This document shows positions 50,631 to 62,708 of a stretch of 64,000 nt of DNA, in pieces. The notes under the pieces were generated by a model that was given only the letters and a program-made list of their open reading frames with translations, had not been told where the DNA came from and did not search any database. The stretch is from Batkoa obscura (taxonomy: Eukaryota), in the NCBI GenBank assembly GCA_030770535.1, contig JASVEC010000023.1:372001-436000 (forward strand), read 5' to 3'. Position 1 is the stretch's first letter; each line of letters begins with the position of its first letter. The position numbers were made by a program, and so were the translations under genes.

Positions 50631-51871
50631 TAGAAATTCGAGTCCCTTTATAAGACTATATAATTATAATCAAAATAGTTTGTAATGTTTATCTAATTTT
50701 GAAATAAATGTTATATTATTTTTTGATATTATCTACCTCATACTTGATTAAATAATTGTAAAATTTACTTTTATTTAGTATTATTTCTATGTTTTATATA
50801 TTTTATGATACTTGGGTTAAGGAAATATTTATAGAAATACCAAGCTTTATTTGAGATAATCACCCTTTATTTTGTAGCATTTTCGATAATAAAAAAGATA
50901 TTGAATAAACACATATAGTCAAATAAATAGAAGCTATACATAGTACTAACACTGTATAAATAGAAACTTAAGCTAATTGATCTAATTCTATTAATAAAAT
51001 CCTTCATCCCTACTCTCAAACAACGACAAGCTGATCGATTAGTAAAGTTCACCTATTAGGCTTTTACTATGAACAATAATTTGATTTTAAAGAGAAATTG
51101 CTACTTGAATAAGTTGGAGACCAAGTTTATTTTTGATAAACAGAAATTTACCAAAAATAGAAAATTTGAAAATTTTAACTTAGTAGTCAATATTGATTGG
51201 CTTCAAAAGTTCAGTTGAAACATGATCCCATAAGCTCTAAAATTAAGGGATATATAAGGTACCATGCACCTTCTTTAATAAACCTTATCGACTGTACTTT
51301 ACAGGATCACATGTTTAGTATATTTCGTAACAATGTTTAACAACATTGAAAACTTCATAAGGTTGGTTGATGATGGTTAGCACGGTCTCTAAAGAGGGAA
51401 GGGTTTACTTTAACTTCATGTTATAGTAAAAGTTGATGATCTTGTCAGTTCATATTCCAGAGCTTGACATGGAGATGTGTGCCATCTGACAGCTTTAAAA
51501 ATAATAACAATTAAATCAAATTTGTAATTGATAACAGATTAAATAATGTATATTAATCAGCTATCTATATTATTGTGGTGGTTTTAATTTATAGTATTTA
51601 AGAATCTGGACCTTCAATAGTAAAATCAACTTTTATAGACTCTAAACCTTATATTTAATAAAAGAAGAAGGATATTACTATGAACTAATCATATATGAAT
51701 TTCAATATATGGAGGTATTTTTTTGGTTTCATTACTTTTTCCACCTTTTAAGCGCTATTTAGCCAGAAAAATTATTAGTATTCGTAAACACAAAAATACA
51801 TCCCCACATTGATTTTTTATTAGTTTTTAGTTAAATATATCAAGCAAAACATTTCTCGATTAAAAAGTTAA

Positions 51872-51943
51872 GGGCTCAGCTGGGAATTGAACCCAGGGCC
51901 TCTCGCACCCAAAGCGAGAATCATACCACTAGACCACTAAGCC
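51872..51943 (-). tRNA. tRNA-Pro(TGG)
   Basis: Reverse complement of 56281-56352. Confidence 0.95.
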
Positions 51944-54232
51944 TTTTATCTCTTATATAAGAAATAAAGAAATTATTATATAAATCTAGTGTTAAATGCA
52001 ATTTTTTTGTAGATTGTAATCTATCTCCAAATGTATTTATCTTGTAAAGGGATATTAATAACATGATTACCTTTATATTAAGAGTTGTCTAATAGTAGTT
52101 TAAGTTCATAATCAATTTCATACTCTCTAATATCTGCATTACACAAGCTGAATTATATACTCTAGTTTGTAATTCCGTTTTACACAGATTAGCCCATATC
52201 AAAAAAAAGTAGAAGTGTTGTAAGAGAAATGTAGGTACTGTTAGGAGACAAAATAGTATTGAAAAAGTGAATGGTCTATAAGTTTATGAGTATATAATTA
52301 TTTGCAGGAAAACCAACCGAAATAGAAGGGACCTGAAAATTGTCAATACGAAAAATGAGAGTCAAAAAAGGTAGAGAGGAAGCAGTCAAAGGAAGATGAG
52401 CACATTTTCAAGGTTATCTATAATCAATATCGCTATCATTACTTTTAATATAATAAATTATTGTGATGTTGCTTTTACAAAAGTATTTTTTAGACTGAAT
52501 TGTATTCACGCTATTTAACTATTTAATCATTTTTATTTTTATTTAAGCAAGTATCTTTAATATCAAACAATTAAAAATATTGATCTAAATAATTTTTACA
52601 AGATAGTATCATCATTTCAAATGGTATTATAAAAATTTAAATTATAAACAAATAATAGCTTTAACTAAATGATAAATTATATGTGGATGTATTTTTTTAA
52701 GAATTTTGTTAATAAATTTTCCGTTCAAATAGTGTTTAAAAAATAGAAAGTAATGAAACCAAAAACATCCTCATGTCTTAAATAAAATTTAAAAATTAAT
52801 TGTAGAATATTTTATAAATACCAAAATAAAATAAAATAAAATTTAAATTTCAAATTTTAAATACTATTCAATATATATATCTCCAAAAGAGAATGTTTAT
52901 TTGATAAAAAGTTTCACCGCCTTTAAACTTAATCAGCTCAAAACAAGGATAGAGCTTCTAGCAATAAAGTCCTTTGAATCATCCATGCTGGTTTTTACTT
53001 TTATTTTCTCTTTCTTCTAATTTTAAATACGGCTAAACTAATATATCTACCACCCTATTAATATTTGGGTATGAATTGTTTGATATCGTTATGAGCAAAG
53101 TAATATTTTTTAATATATCTCATTTACTTTAAAGTTATTACTTTATTAAATGTATAAATAACGTACTTGTAAGTAATATAGTTATATTTAATATTTTAAA
53201 AAATTCAATCTTCTAACTTATTTAACATTGTCAAAGTATAAATTATGATTAGGATAAATGTTTAAATAAGGGACAATAAGAAAGTAAAGTATCAATGGAA
53301 TTTATATTAATAAAATGTTATATTAATTAAATCAACAAGCTAATATGAAATTGATTAGAAGTACATATCAACGTATAAAAGCTGTATAATTTAAGTCTAT
53401 TTGCATATAGGTTGAATAGACCATAAATTCCAAAGTAATTATAATCCAAAATATTGGTGAGCTGATAATGACTTCGAGATATTTTTAGTTGTGATACGTA
53501 TAGGCATCAAAACTATAAACAGAACAGTAACCTATATAAATATTGATAATGTTATAATAATTATAAAACAAACCATGTATTCTTATAGAAACACAAAACA
53601 AAAAGCTAGTTTATTATTTATTAAAAAGCGAAAGTTAAAGTGATATAGAGTAACAAATAAATGAAATTTTGTAATATAAACGTTTATTTCCTAATTAGCT
53701 AATTTATTCAGCTATTTCTCGTGTGGTGATAAAAAAGTTGATAGATTTTAATTATTTGATCATGTTATATGATGCAATCCTTATCTATAGCACAATACTT
53801 AGTTCATTTAAGTTTGAGTCTATTAATTTTTTTAATAAAAACATCAATTTAAATGAAGCAATTAAAAAATGATGATCATAAATGATAAAAAAACAAAACA
53901 GATTATTTTCAACTTTCATTTTTTAAATAATATACCAACTACGATTATAAAAGATAGTATTCTAAAAACGATTAGTATGTATGATGTTTTAATATTTCAA
54001 ATGATTTAATAAGGGCCAAAGATCTAAACAATAAAATTTAAAGATAGAGAATGATTATAATTCAAATCTTTTTAACAAAAACCCGAAATAAATAACTATT
54101 ACAAAGAGTAGTTGACGCGATTCAAATAAAATAAGAATCAAAGTATAAACAATTCGAAAGTTAAAGTCTAGACTTTTACGAAAGCATATATAAAACAGAA
54201 GATGTAAATAGCAATAATCTGTATAAATCAAA

Positions 54233-55126
54233 ATGAAATTTACACATGTTTTCTTAAGTCTCTTATTCACTACCCTTTCTAACTGCATGGTTCCAACTGC
54301 CACCACTAAAAGAGCAGCAACACCAACCAATCTTATTGATATAGAACGTATTTTTGAGTACAAGTATGATAATAATCAAAATAATTATTATGAGTTAGTT
54401 ACTCCAAAATCAAATGTTGAGGGTTCTCCATTGTTAGTTTGGTTATTAGGTGGTGCTTGGGTTAGTGAAGATATTGAGCCAAGTAGAATTATGGCTAATA
54501 AATTAGCTGAAAAAAATATCACTACTGCTATTTTACATTATAGATTAAGTCAAAAAAATCAGATATCAAATATACAACATCCAGCTCATTTAAAAGATTC
54601 GTTAAATGGATTTACAAACATCACACTTAGTTTAAAAGGATACAATAAGATTTATTTAGGTGGTCATTCTGCTGGTGCTCATTTGAGTGCTTTAATGGTA
54701 TTAGATGGTAGTAATTATACTGATGATAATAAACAGTTGAATCAACTTAAAAATATTAAAGGTGTTATTTCTATTGGTGGTATATTTGATATTCCATCTT
54801 TAGTTAATAGATACAAAGGCTATAAGAATGAATACATTGTACCAGCATTTGGAGATGATATAAATAAATGGAAGAAAGCATCACCTCAATTTGTTTCAAA
54901 AGAATCATTAAAAAAAATAAACTATAATCAGTTGCCCAATTACTTATTAATTGACTCACAAGAAGATACTCTGGTAAATACCGAACAAACAACTGAATTC
55001 GCATCCCATCTAAAAGGATTAGGATTTAATAACATCCAAGTAGTAGATGATAAATTCGGAGATCACAATAACATACCTCAAAATGCAAATGTTGTTGAGA
55101 AAGTTGCTTCTTTTATTTTAAATTAG
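54233..55126 (+). CDS. Secreted alpha/beta hydrolase (HSL / kynurenine formamidase-like)
   Basis: Signal peptide and a KR site, LVWLLGGAW oxyanion region, YRLS, GHSAG nucleophile, EDTLV and GDH. Confidence 0.85.
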   Translation: MKFTHVFLSLLFTTLSNCMVPTATTKRAATPTNLIDIERIFEYKYDNNQNNYYELVTPKSNVEGSPLLVWLLGGAWVSEDIEPSRIMANKLAEKNITTAILHYRLSQKNQISNIQHPAHLKDSLNGFTNITLSLKGYNKIYLGGHSAGAHLSALMVLDGSNYTDDNKQLNQLKNIKGVISIGGIFDIPSLVNRYKGYKNEYIVPAFGDDINKWKKASPQFVSKESLKKINYNQLPNYLLIDSQEDTLVNTEQTTEFASHLKGLGFNNIQVVDDKFGDHNNIPQNANVVEKVASFILN

Positions 55127-56280
55127 GTCCATTGTTGTTATTATTATTATCACCTATAAATAAATGTATATAAAATCTTATTTTGTTTTAGAACTTTTTA
55201 TTAAGGATGAATTTATAATTATCCTGTTATCATAAATTATAATTCAATTTTACTAACATAAAATTCGAGATTTAGTCAATTACCAATTATACCATAATAA
55301 TGTATTTAAGCGTTAATTTATTAATATTAAAAAATGATTACTAGTTTATCTAAATAGAAATTTTCAATCTCGGGTTTAATGACTTTACATGGTTCACATT
55401 ATAATTAAATAAGACAACTATCGATATACAATTATTCAAAGTATCTATTTATATGAAATATTTAAATATCAGAGCTTCCAAGGGCAAGAAATAATATAAA
55501 AACAATAATATGAGGATGTATTTTTTGTTTAAGAATTTTACTAACAACCTTTCCACTCAAATGGTGCTTAAAAAGTAGAAAAGTAATGGAATCAAAAAAA
55601 ATATCCCTATATAATTAAACTAAATTGCACAATTCTATTGACTAAAGAAGTGAATAAGATTGGTAATAAATATCATTCAACTGAAGTTAAATAGTTGAAA
55701 AAACTGCAATTAAAATTTTATTGAAAAACCTAAATTTAATGATAGTTAATCAATAGGAATAAATCAATTAGTATCATTGTAATTAGTTTGAAAATATAAT
55801 CAATACGATATGAAAATAGAAGGTAATTAGATACTTTATATTATTTAATAAATTATTTAATATAAAAAAATAATACCTAATTCAAAAAATTATTGTATTT
55901 AAATTTGTACTATCATTGTACTTATTTTAATTTTATAAAGAGCATGAATATATTGAATTATTTATAATAATGTATTGAAATTTATTGTAAACAAAATTCA
56001 AAAATTATTTTATTTATATACTGTAATAAAAACCCAGAAGAAAAATTAGAACATCAAGAAGATTGTATTAATATACTATCTTTAAAATTCAAAATTTTGT
56101 ATCAAAAAAACTGTTTATATGAACTGAAATAATTCAAAATTCAAAAACAGTATAATATTAATGTTTCACACCATTTGTTTGAATGAAATATAATAATCAA
56201 GTGCTGATATTTTAGTAAAGCTAATTTGACAAATAGTTAATAATATAATAATTTGTTTATTTATTATATAAGAGATAAAA

Positions 56281-56352
56281 GGCTTAGTGGTCTAGTGGTA
56301 TGATTCTCGCTTTGGGTGCGAGAGGCCCTGGGTTCAATTCCCAGCTGAGCCC
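56281..56352 (+). tRNA. tRNA-Pro(TGG)
   Basis: GGCTTAG/CTGAGCC acceptor stem, CTCGC-TTTGGGT-GCGAG anticodon arm, GGTTCAATTCC T-loop. Confidence 0.95.
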
Positions 56353-56387
56353 TTAACTTTTTAATCGAGAAATGTTTTGCTTGATAT

Positions 56388-58851
56388 GGGGCTGTCCTAA
56401 TTGGTTTCAGAATCTACTTAGAAATTAATCCAAATTTAAAATTCCAAGTTTGTGTTCAATATAACGGTTAAATCTAAAAAGCCTAAAATTAAATGTCTCT
56501 ATTTAAAACTTATTTTAATTGTTTCCTTTTCTTAAATAGCTAATTTTCCTAACTATATATTTTATGTTAGTTCTGTTAGATATTTAACAGATATATAATA
56601 TATAACTATATGATTATATAATTATATAAATACATAATTATATAAACACAGTTATTTGACTTTATTTGACTTTATTTTTTGTTGAAATAAAAATAAAATG
56701 CAAACTTTCATAACTAAACTTCGAAATGGAATTTTTGAAAACTTCAATACAATAGGGAGGAGTACACAATATAAACATTGTAATTCATTTACATCAATTT
56801 TAAGAGCTACTTATAACAACCCAAGGTTCATGGAATTTTATAATAAAACAAAACAAAGAAAAGATATATTATCAAAGTTTACTATCGATAATAATAAACT
56901 TAATCAAGTAATGTATAAAATTAGTGCTTTAAGGGAAACAGGAAACAAAAGTCAGCAAGTAGCGTTATTATCAACTATAGCTTCAGTATATTCTTTTGAT
57001 GAATGTAAGAGTTTTGGGTTTAATATAAATAGAAATCAATATGATTATTCAAAAACAAGTAATAATAATAAAATATCAACATTAAAACCTATTATTAAAA
57101 ATACAAAAAAAATTAAAGATGACCAAATTGAAACTATCATACAATATTTACTAAATGATTCAACTATTTCATCAAGATTTAATAAAAAAAATAACGATAG
57201 TAAATATTCATCAGATAATATATATATATTAAATAAAAGTAGAAGAATGATATATAGTAAATATTTGAATGATCTAAGAGATAAAGCAGTAGCCAGGTCA
57301 ACGTTCTTTAAATATATACTAACTAATTTCAAAAATCCAGCAAGAAAAACGGATCTATGTAATATATGTACCCAGTATACAGTTAGAAAAAAGTTATTTG
57401 AAAATAAAATAAATACAGCAAAAAACAAAGCAGAGATAGAAGAAATTTTCAACGAAGAAGAAAAATTATACAAATTACATAAATTCTGTGTTGATACTCA
57501 AAAAAACACATTTAATGAAACTATCAAAAAATTAAATAACAAAAGTTGTATAATAGTTTTAGATTTTAAACAAAATATGGAAATAGGGACAAGACCAGAT
57601 TCAATAAATTTAGATCATTATAATAAACAAGCTATATCAGTATTAGGCTTTGGTGTATTATATTTAAAAGATGATAAAACAATAGGCAAAGTTTACTTGG
57701 ATTATTTATCTGAAATATTGAATCATGATTCAGCATATGCAGGAGATTGTTTAATCGATTTAATCTCTACAGAGCTTCTATTTAAAAAGTTTACAAAAAT
57801 TAATATATGGGCAGATACAGGAAATCATTTTAGATCCCAAGAGTTCTTACATTATATGTTTAAAGAAATTCATAAAATAAATAGTAGTTTGAATGTTAAT
57901 CTTAATTTTTTTGCTGAGCATCATGGAAAAAGTATAGTTGATGGACATTTTGGAAACCTTTCAAAATGGAAAAGTAGTTTTGAAGCGTTAGGTAAAATAG
58001 AAGATATCGATCAATTAATTTCAAGATTTGAGGCTTTTATTTGTGAGCATAATAAAATTAATAACTCGACTGTTAATAATGGGAAAACAGATATAATTTT
58101 TAAAAAGTATAAAAGAAACAAAAATACAAAAAGAATAATAGAGATGCAGGGCATTAAGAAGTATTTACATTTTATTAAACATAACAATAAACTACATTGT
58201 TATCCAGTATCTGATACATCAAAAAAAAGCGATATAGTCCCAATTAAAGTTATAGAGTCTATAGAAAACAGAAAAATTAAAAGATCGATCCCAGCTTACC
58301 TTACGAAGATAACAGAGAATTTAAAAATTTCGATATTTACTAAGCAAGTAAGTAGTTTGTTGAATGATAGAAATAGATTGTTAAATGTTAGGATTACTTA
58401 AGTTATTAATAGCTAAGTTAATAAATAGTCAAAGAACAAGTAACTGTAATAATATGTAAAAACTATTATTACTTGTACTATATAGGGATGGTCAATTATA
58501 GTTTTGGGGCTGACCACTCCCTCCCATGCAGCTATTTATTAACTTGGCAATATATTAATAATGTAATTATAACATTAAAGTAGTTTATTTATTTGATAAT
58601 AAATCTACGATGTTGGTTATAAAGCAGTTGATAATAAATATTTCTCAATTAAGCTTTATAAGAACATGTATTTAAGATCTAGTAGAAATTCAACTAACTT
58701 ACAGTATGAGCTATAATATAATGGTTTAGAACTGTGTTTGGGTACTTTTGTTTTAATAAAAGATGTGATTTTATAGAATTTTAAGCGAAGTTTTTAAAAT
58801 ACAAATTTTTTTAAAATTGGATAAAATAATGAAACTAATTCAGACAACCCC
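56388..58851 (+). mobile_element. Autonomous Sola2-type DNA transposon, copy 2 (2464 bp, TSD ATAT)
   Basis: Same TIRs as copy 1. The empty site is visible in the paralogous segment near 51837-51840. Confidence 0.9.
56698..58401 (+). CDS. DDD transposase, Sola2-like
   Basis: 567 aa. Differs from copy 1 at about 3 residues (PS>LT, V>I). Confidence 0.85.
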   Translation: MQTFITKLRNGIFENFNTIGRSTQYKHCNSFTSILRATYNNPRFMEFYNKTKQRKDILSKFTIDNNKLNQVMYKISALRETGNKSQQVALLSTIASVYSFDECKSFGFNINRNQYDYSKTSNNNKISTLKPIIKNTKKIKDDQIETIIQYLLNDSTISSRFNKKNNDSKYSSDNIYILNKSRRMIYSKYLNDLRDKAVARSTFFKYILTNFKNPARKTDLCNICTQYTVRKKLFENKINTAKNKAEIEEIFNEEEKLYKLHKFCVDTQKNTFNETIKKLNNKSCIIVLDFKQNMEIGTRPDSINLDHYNKQAISVLGFGVLYLKDDKTIGKVYLDYLSEILNHDSAYAGDCLIDLISTELLFKKFTKINIWADTGNHFRSQEFLHYMFKEIHKINSSLNVNLNFFAEHHGKSIVDGHFGNLSKWKSSFEALGKIEDIDQLISRFEAFICEHNKINNSTVNNGKTDIIFKKYKRNKNTKRIIEMQGIKKYLHFIKHNNKLHCYPVSDTSKKSDIVPIKVIESIENRKIKRSIPAYLTKITENLKISIFTKQVSSLLNDRNRLLNVRIT

Positions 58852-60061
58852 ATATATTTAACTAAAAACTAATAAAAAATCAATGTGGGGATGTATTTTT
58901 GTGTTTACGAATACTAATAATTTTTCTGGCTAAATAGCGCTTAAAAGGTGGAAAAAGTAATGAAACCAAAAAAATACCTCCATATATTGAAATTCATATA
59001 TGATTAGTTCATAGTAATATCCTTCTTCTTTTATTAAATATAAGGTTTAGAGTCTATAAAAGTTGATTTTACTATTGAAGGTCCAGATTCTTAAATACTA
59101 TAAATTAAAACCACCACAATAATATAGATAGCTGATTAATATACATTATTTAATCTGTTATCAATTACAAATTTGATTTAATTGTTATTATTTTTAAAGC
59201 TGTCAGATGGCACACATCTCCATGTCAAGCTCTGGAATATGAACTGACAAGATCATCAACTTTTACTATAACATGAAGTTAAAGTAAACCCTTCCCTCTT
59301 TAGAGACCGTGCTAACCATCATCAACCAACCTTATGAAGTTTTCAATGTTGTTAAACATTGTTACGAAATATACTAAACATGTGATCCTGTAAAGTACAG
59401 TCGATAAGGTTTATTAAAGAAGGTGCATGGTACCTTATATATCCCTTAATTTTAGAGCTTATGGGATCATGTTTCAACTGAACTTTTGAAGCCAATCAAT
59501 ATTGACTACTAAGTTAAAATTTTCAAATTTTCTATTTTTGGTAAATTTCTGTTTATCAAAAATAAACTTGGTCTCCAACTTATTCAAGTAGCAATTTCTC
59601 TTTAAAATCAAATTATTGTTCATAGTAAAAGCCTAATAGGTGAACTTTACTAATCGACCAGCTTGTCGTTGTTTGAGAGTAGGGATGAAGGATTTTATTA
59701 ATAGAATTAGATCAATTAGCTTAAGTTTCTATTTATACAATGTTAGTACTATGTATAGCTTCTATTTATTTGACTATATGTGTTTATTCAATATCTTTTT
59801 TATTATCGAAAATGCTACAAAATAAAGGGCAATTATCTCAAATAAAGCTTGGTATTTCTATAAATATTTCCTTAACCCAAGTATCATAAAATATATAAAA
59901 CATAGAAATAATACTAAATAAAAGTAAATTTTACAATTATTTAATCAAGTATGAGGCAGATAATATCAAAAAATAATATAACATTTATTTCAAAATTAGA
60001 TAAACATTACAAACTATTTTGATTATCATTATATAGTCTTATAAAGGGACTCGAATTTCTA

Positions 60062-60226
60062 CTAATATTGAGCAGGTGGACTAGGGATAGCTTCAGCAGA
60101 AGGAGGACTAGCTATAGCATTATCAGATGGAGGACTAGCAATAGCATTTTCAGATGGAGGACTAGCAATAGCAGCACTAGCTGAAGCAATACATAATGCG
60201 GACAAGAGAGTGGTGGTGAATTTCAT
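60062..60226 (-). CDS. 54-aa secreted repeat-peptide precursor, copy C
   Basis: Coding sequence identical to copies A and B. Confidence 0.85.
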   Translation of the reverse strand: MKFTTTLLSALCIASASAAIASPPSENAIASPPSDNAIASPPSAEAIPSPPAQY

Positions 60227-61851
60227 TATTGTTTATGTTTATAGATTGTTTATATTCATTATAGATTGCTTTTGACCCTTTTATACTTATTAGTAGACAT
60301 TAACTTTATATATGTAAGAAGCTTAGTTAAACATATATATTATGTTTACCATTAAGCTGTAACTTATGTCTTTTAACATGATGTATCATAAGACAAATTA
60401 TTTCAACTTGAGAACTAATGCTGACAAATATGAATTCAATTTTGGCTAATAATGTTTGTAACATTCTTTGCTATATCCTCTAAAGGGAAGTTCCTTCGAA
60501 ATGTTTTTATGACTTTGAATGAGCTATATAAATAATACAGTAGATATTTTCCTTGATTATATGCTCCTGTTTTCTACAATTCTTAGAAATAGTATACATA
60601 GTCAAATTATATTAAATCAATTGCCTAAAACCTTCAAGGTCTAAATAAAAATTTTAGAACTGATTGATAGCAACTAATCCCTTAAGGATCCTATGCTATC
60701 TAATATCATATACTACTAATAAGGGCACAGAATCCTTTTTAAGTAACACAATAATCACAGTAGGTTGTTTCACTATTCTATATTTTTTTTTACAACTAAA
60801 TGTCTTTAGCTCATACGTGAGAAAAATGAAGTGAATATCTTGAAAGGTAGCTCTCTGTATAAGTATTTAAAGCTTATTACACCTTCAAGACTAAATTGGA
60901 AACAAAAAGAATGATTCCATTTCATTTTTGTATCTGGGGATGTATTTTTTTGTTTGAGAATTTCACTAATAATATTTTCACTAAAATAACGCTTAAAAAT
61001 GGAAAAGTAATGAAACTAAAAAAACATTCCCACCTAATGATTTCAAATAATAGTAAGCTAAATAGCATGTTTATTTTAATAATGCGTAGATATTTAGAAA
61101 TCAGCAGTGTATATGGCAAACCCAAATCGATAAAGGATAAACATGTGTAAAAATAATTTTTATCTTTATGCGCATCGACCAGCAGCTAATATTTATCTGA
61201 ACCAGCGTAATATGGATAGGGCTTGATAATATCTTCCTTAAGGTTCTTGCTGTTAGTAGTTGTTCCAAGCCTATCCTAAAAAGAAATTATTATAGATATT
61301 TCTAGTATGTATTAAATCTTTAATTTTATTTTATTGTTTACCCTAATATAATGAAATATACCTCTTATATATCAATGGATTTAAAAATGTTTAATTATTA
61401 TTTTTCAAAGAGTCAATAAAAATTCAGTGACTATAAGCTACTTAATTCTTTGACTTTTGTTTTGGTAAGCTATAAATACCTAATACGTTCAATAAAACTG
61501 CCTGATTGAGATTTGGTTAATATAAGCGTTTATAGAATTAAACTTGCGATTGTATTTATCAAGTATATTCTAATAGTACCATTATAACATTTTAATTTTA
61601 AAAAGTTAAACATATATATTTGATTGTCAAAATTAGTTAATATAATTTTTTTGAGTTGGTTTATAAATTACGCAATATTCATTTATTACTTACTATTATA
61701 TTTCATGAGTATGTTAATTTGGTAATGTTTTTAATTTATTTAAAATGTATTTAGAAACCAATTAAAACACAAAAAGTTACGAAGAAACAAGTTAATATGT
61801 TTACATTAAATCAAAGATATACTGTGTCATAACGCGATGATAGAAATAGCC

Positions 61852-62640
61852 CTATGACTTTTTGTTAATAACGCCTACGTTATGAAGGATAGTATCGTGA
61901 TCTCCAAATGAATTATTTGTTATTTGAACATTCTCAAATCTTAGTCCTTTTGAATGAGTCAAAAATTCAAGCACTTGCTCTAAGTTTATCAGGATATCTT
62001 CTTGTGAGTCAATTAATAAGTAATTGGGCAACTGATTATAGTTTATTTTTTTTAATGATTCTTTTGAAACAAATTGAGGTGATGCTTTTTTCCATTTATT
62101 TATATCATCTCCAAATGCTGGTATAATGTATTCATTCTTATAGCCTTTGTATCTATTAACTAAAGATGGAATATCAAATATACCACCAATAGAAATAACA
62201 CCTTTAATATTTTTAAGTTGATTCAACTGTTTATTATCATCAGTATAATTACTACCATCTAATGCCATTAAAGCACTCAAATGAGCACCAGCAGAATGAC
62301 CACCTAAATAAATCTTATTATATCCTTTTAAACTAAGTGTGATGTTTGTAAATCCATTTAACGAATCTTTTAAATGAGCTGGATGTTGTATACTTGATAT
62401 CTGATTTTTTTGACTTAATCTATAATGTAAGATAGCAGTAGTGATATTTTTTTCAGCTAATTTATTAGCCATAATTCTACTTGGCTCAATATCTTCACTA
62501 ACCCAAGCACCACCTAATAACCAAACTAACAATGGAGAATCCTTAACATTTGATTTTGGAGTAACTAATTCATAATAATTGTTTTGTTTGATATTGTAAC
62601 TACATCTTAGAATATTAGTAGAACAGCTCTTAAATTCGAA
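61852..62640 (-). pseudogene. Second alpha/beta hydrolase copy with no evident ATG or signal peptide
   Basis: 61995-62580 is nearly identical to 54383-54968. The frame stays open upstream to a stop near 62650 with no ATG. The C-terminus is diverged. Confidence 0.65.
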
Positions 62641-62708
62641 TATAAGGTGTTATCATCCTTTCTTTAAACGACCACATAGCACTGATTAAAGCAACTCATA
62701 AAGCATGT

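Larger units (their letters stand above)
48772..50794. repeat. Inverted repeat: 633-bp arms (48772-49404 and 50162-50794) around a 757-bp spacer
   Basis: The arms are reverse complements by direct comparison. Confidence 0.92.
50190..51960. repeat. 1771-bp segment duplicated in inverted orientation at 56264-60502 (second copy interrupted by a transposon)
   Basis: Contains the peptide gene, the 272-bp repeat, a MITE and tRNA-Pro. Lengths match exactly after removing the 2464+4 bp insertion. A few SNPs distinguish the copies. Confidence 0.92.

Noticed and set aside
50867..51052. 61-aa ORF duplicated at 59640-59825
   Set aside because: GTG start and no motifs. Its conservation is explained by the recent segmental duplication.
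45699..58851. Transposon copies as an assembly duplication
   Set aside because: They have different flanks, different TSDs and several SNPs.
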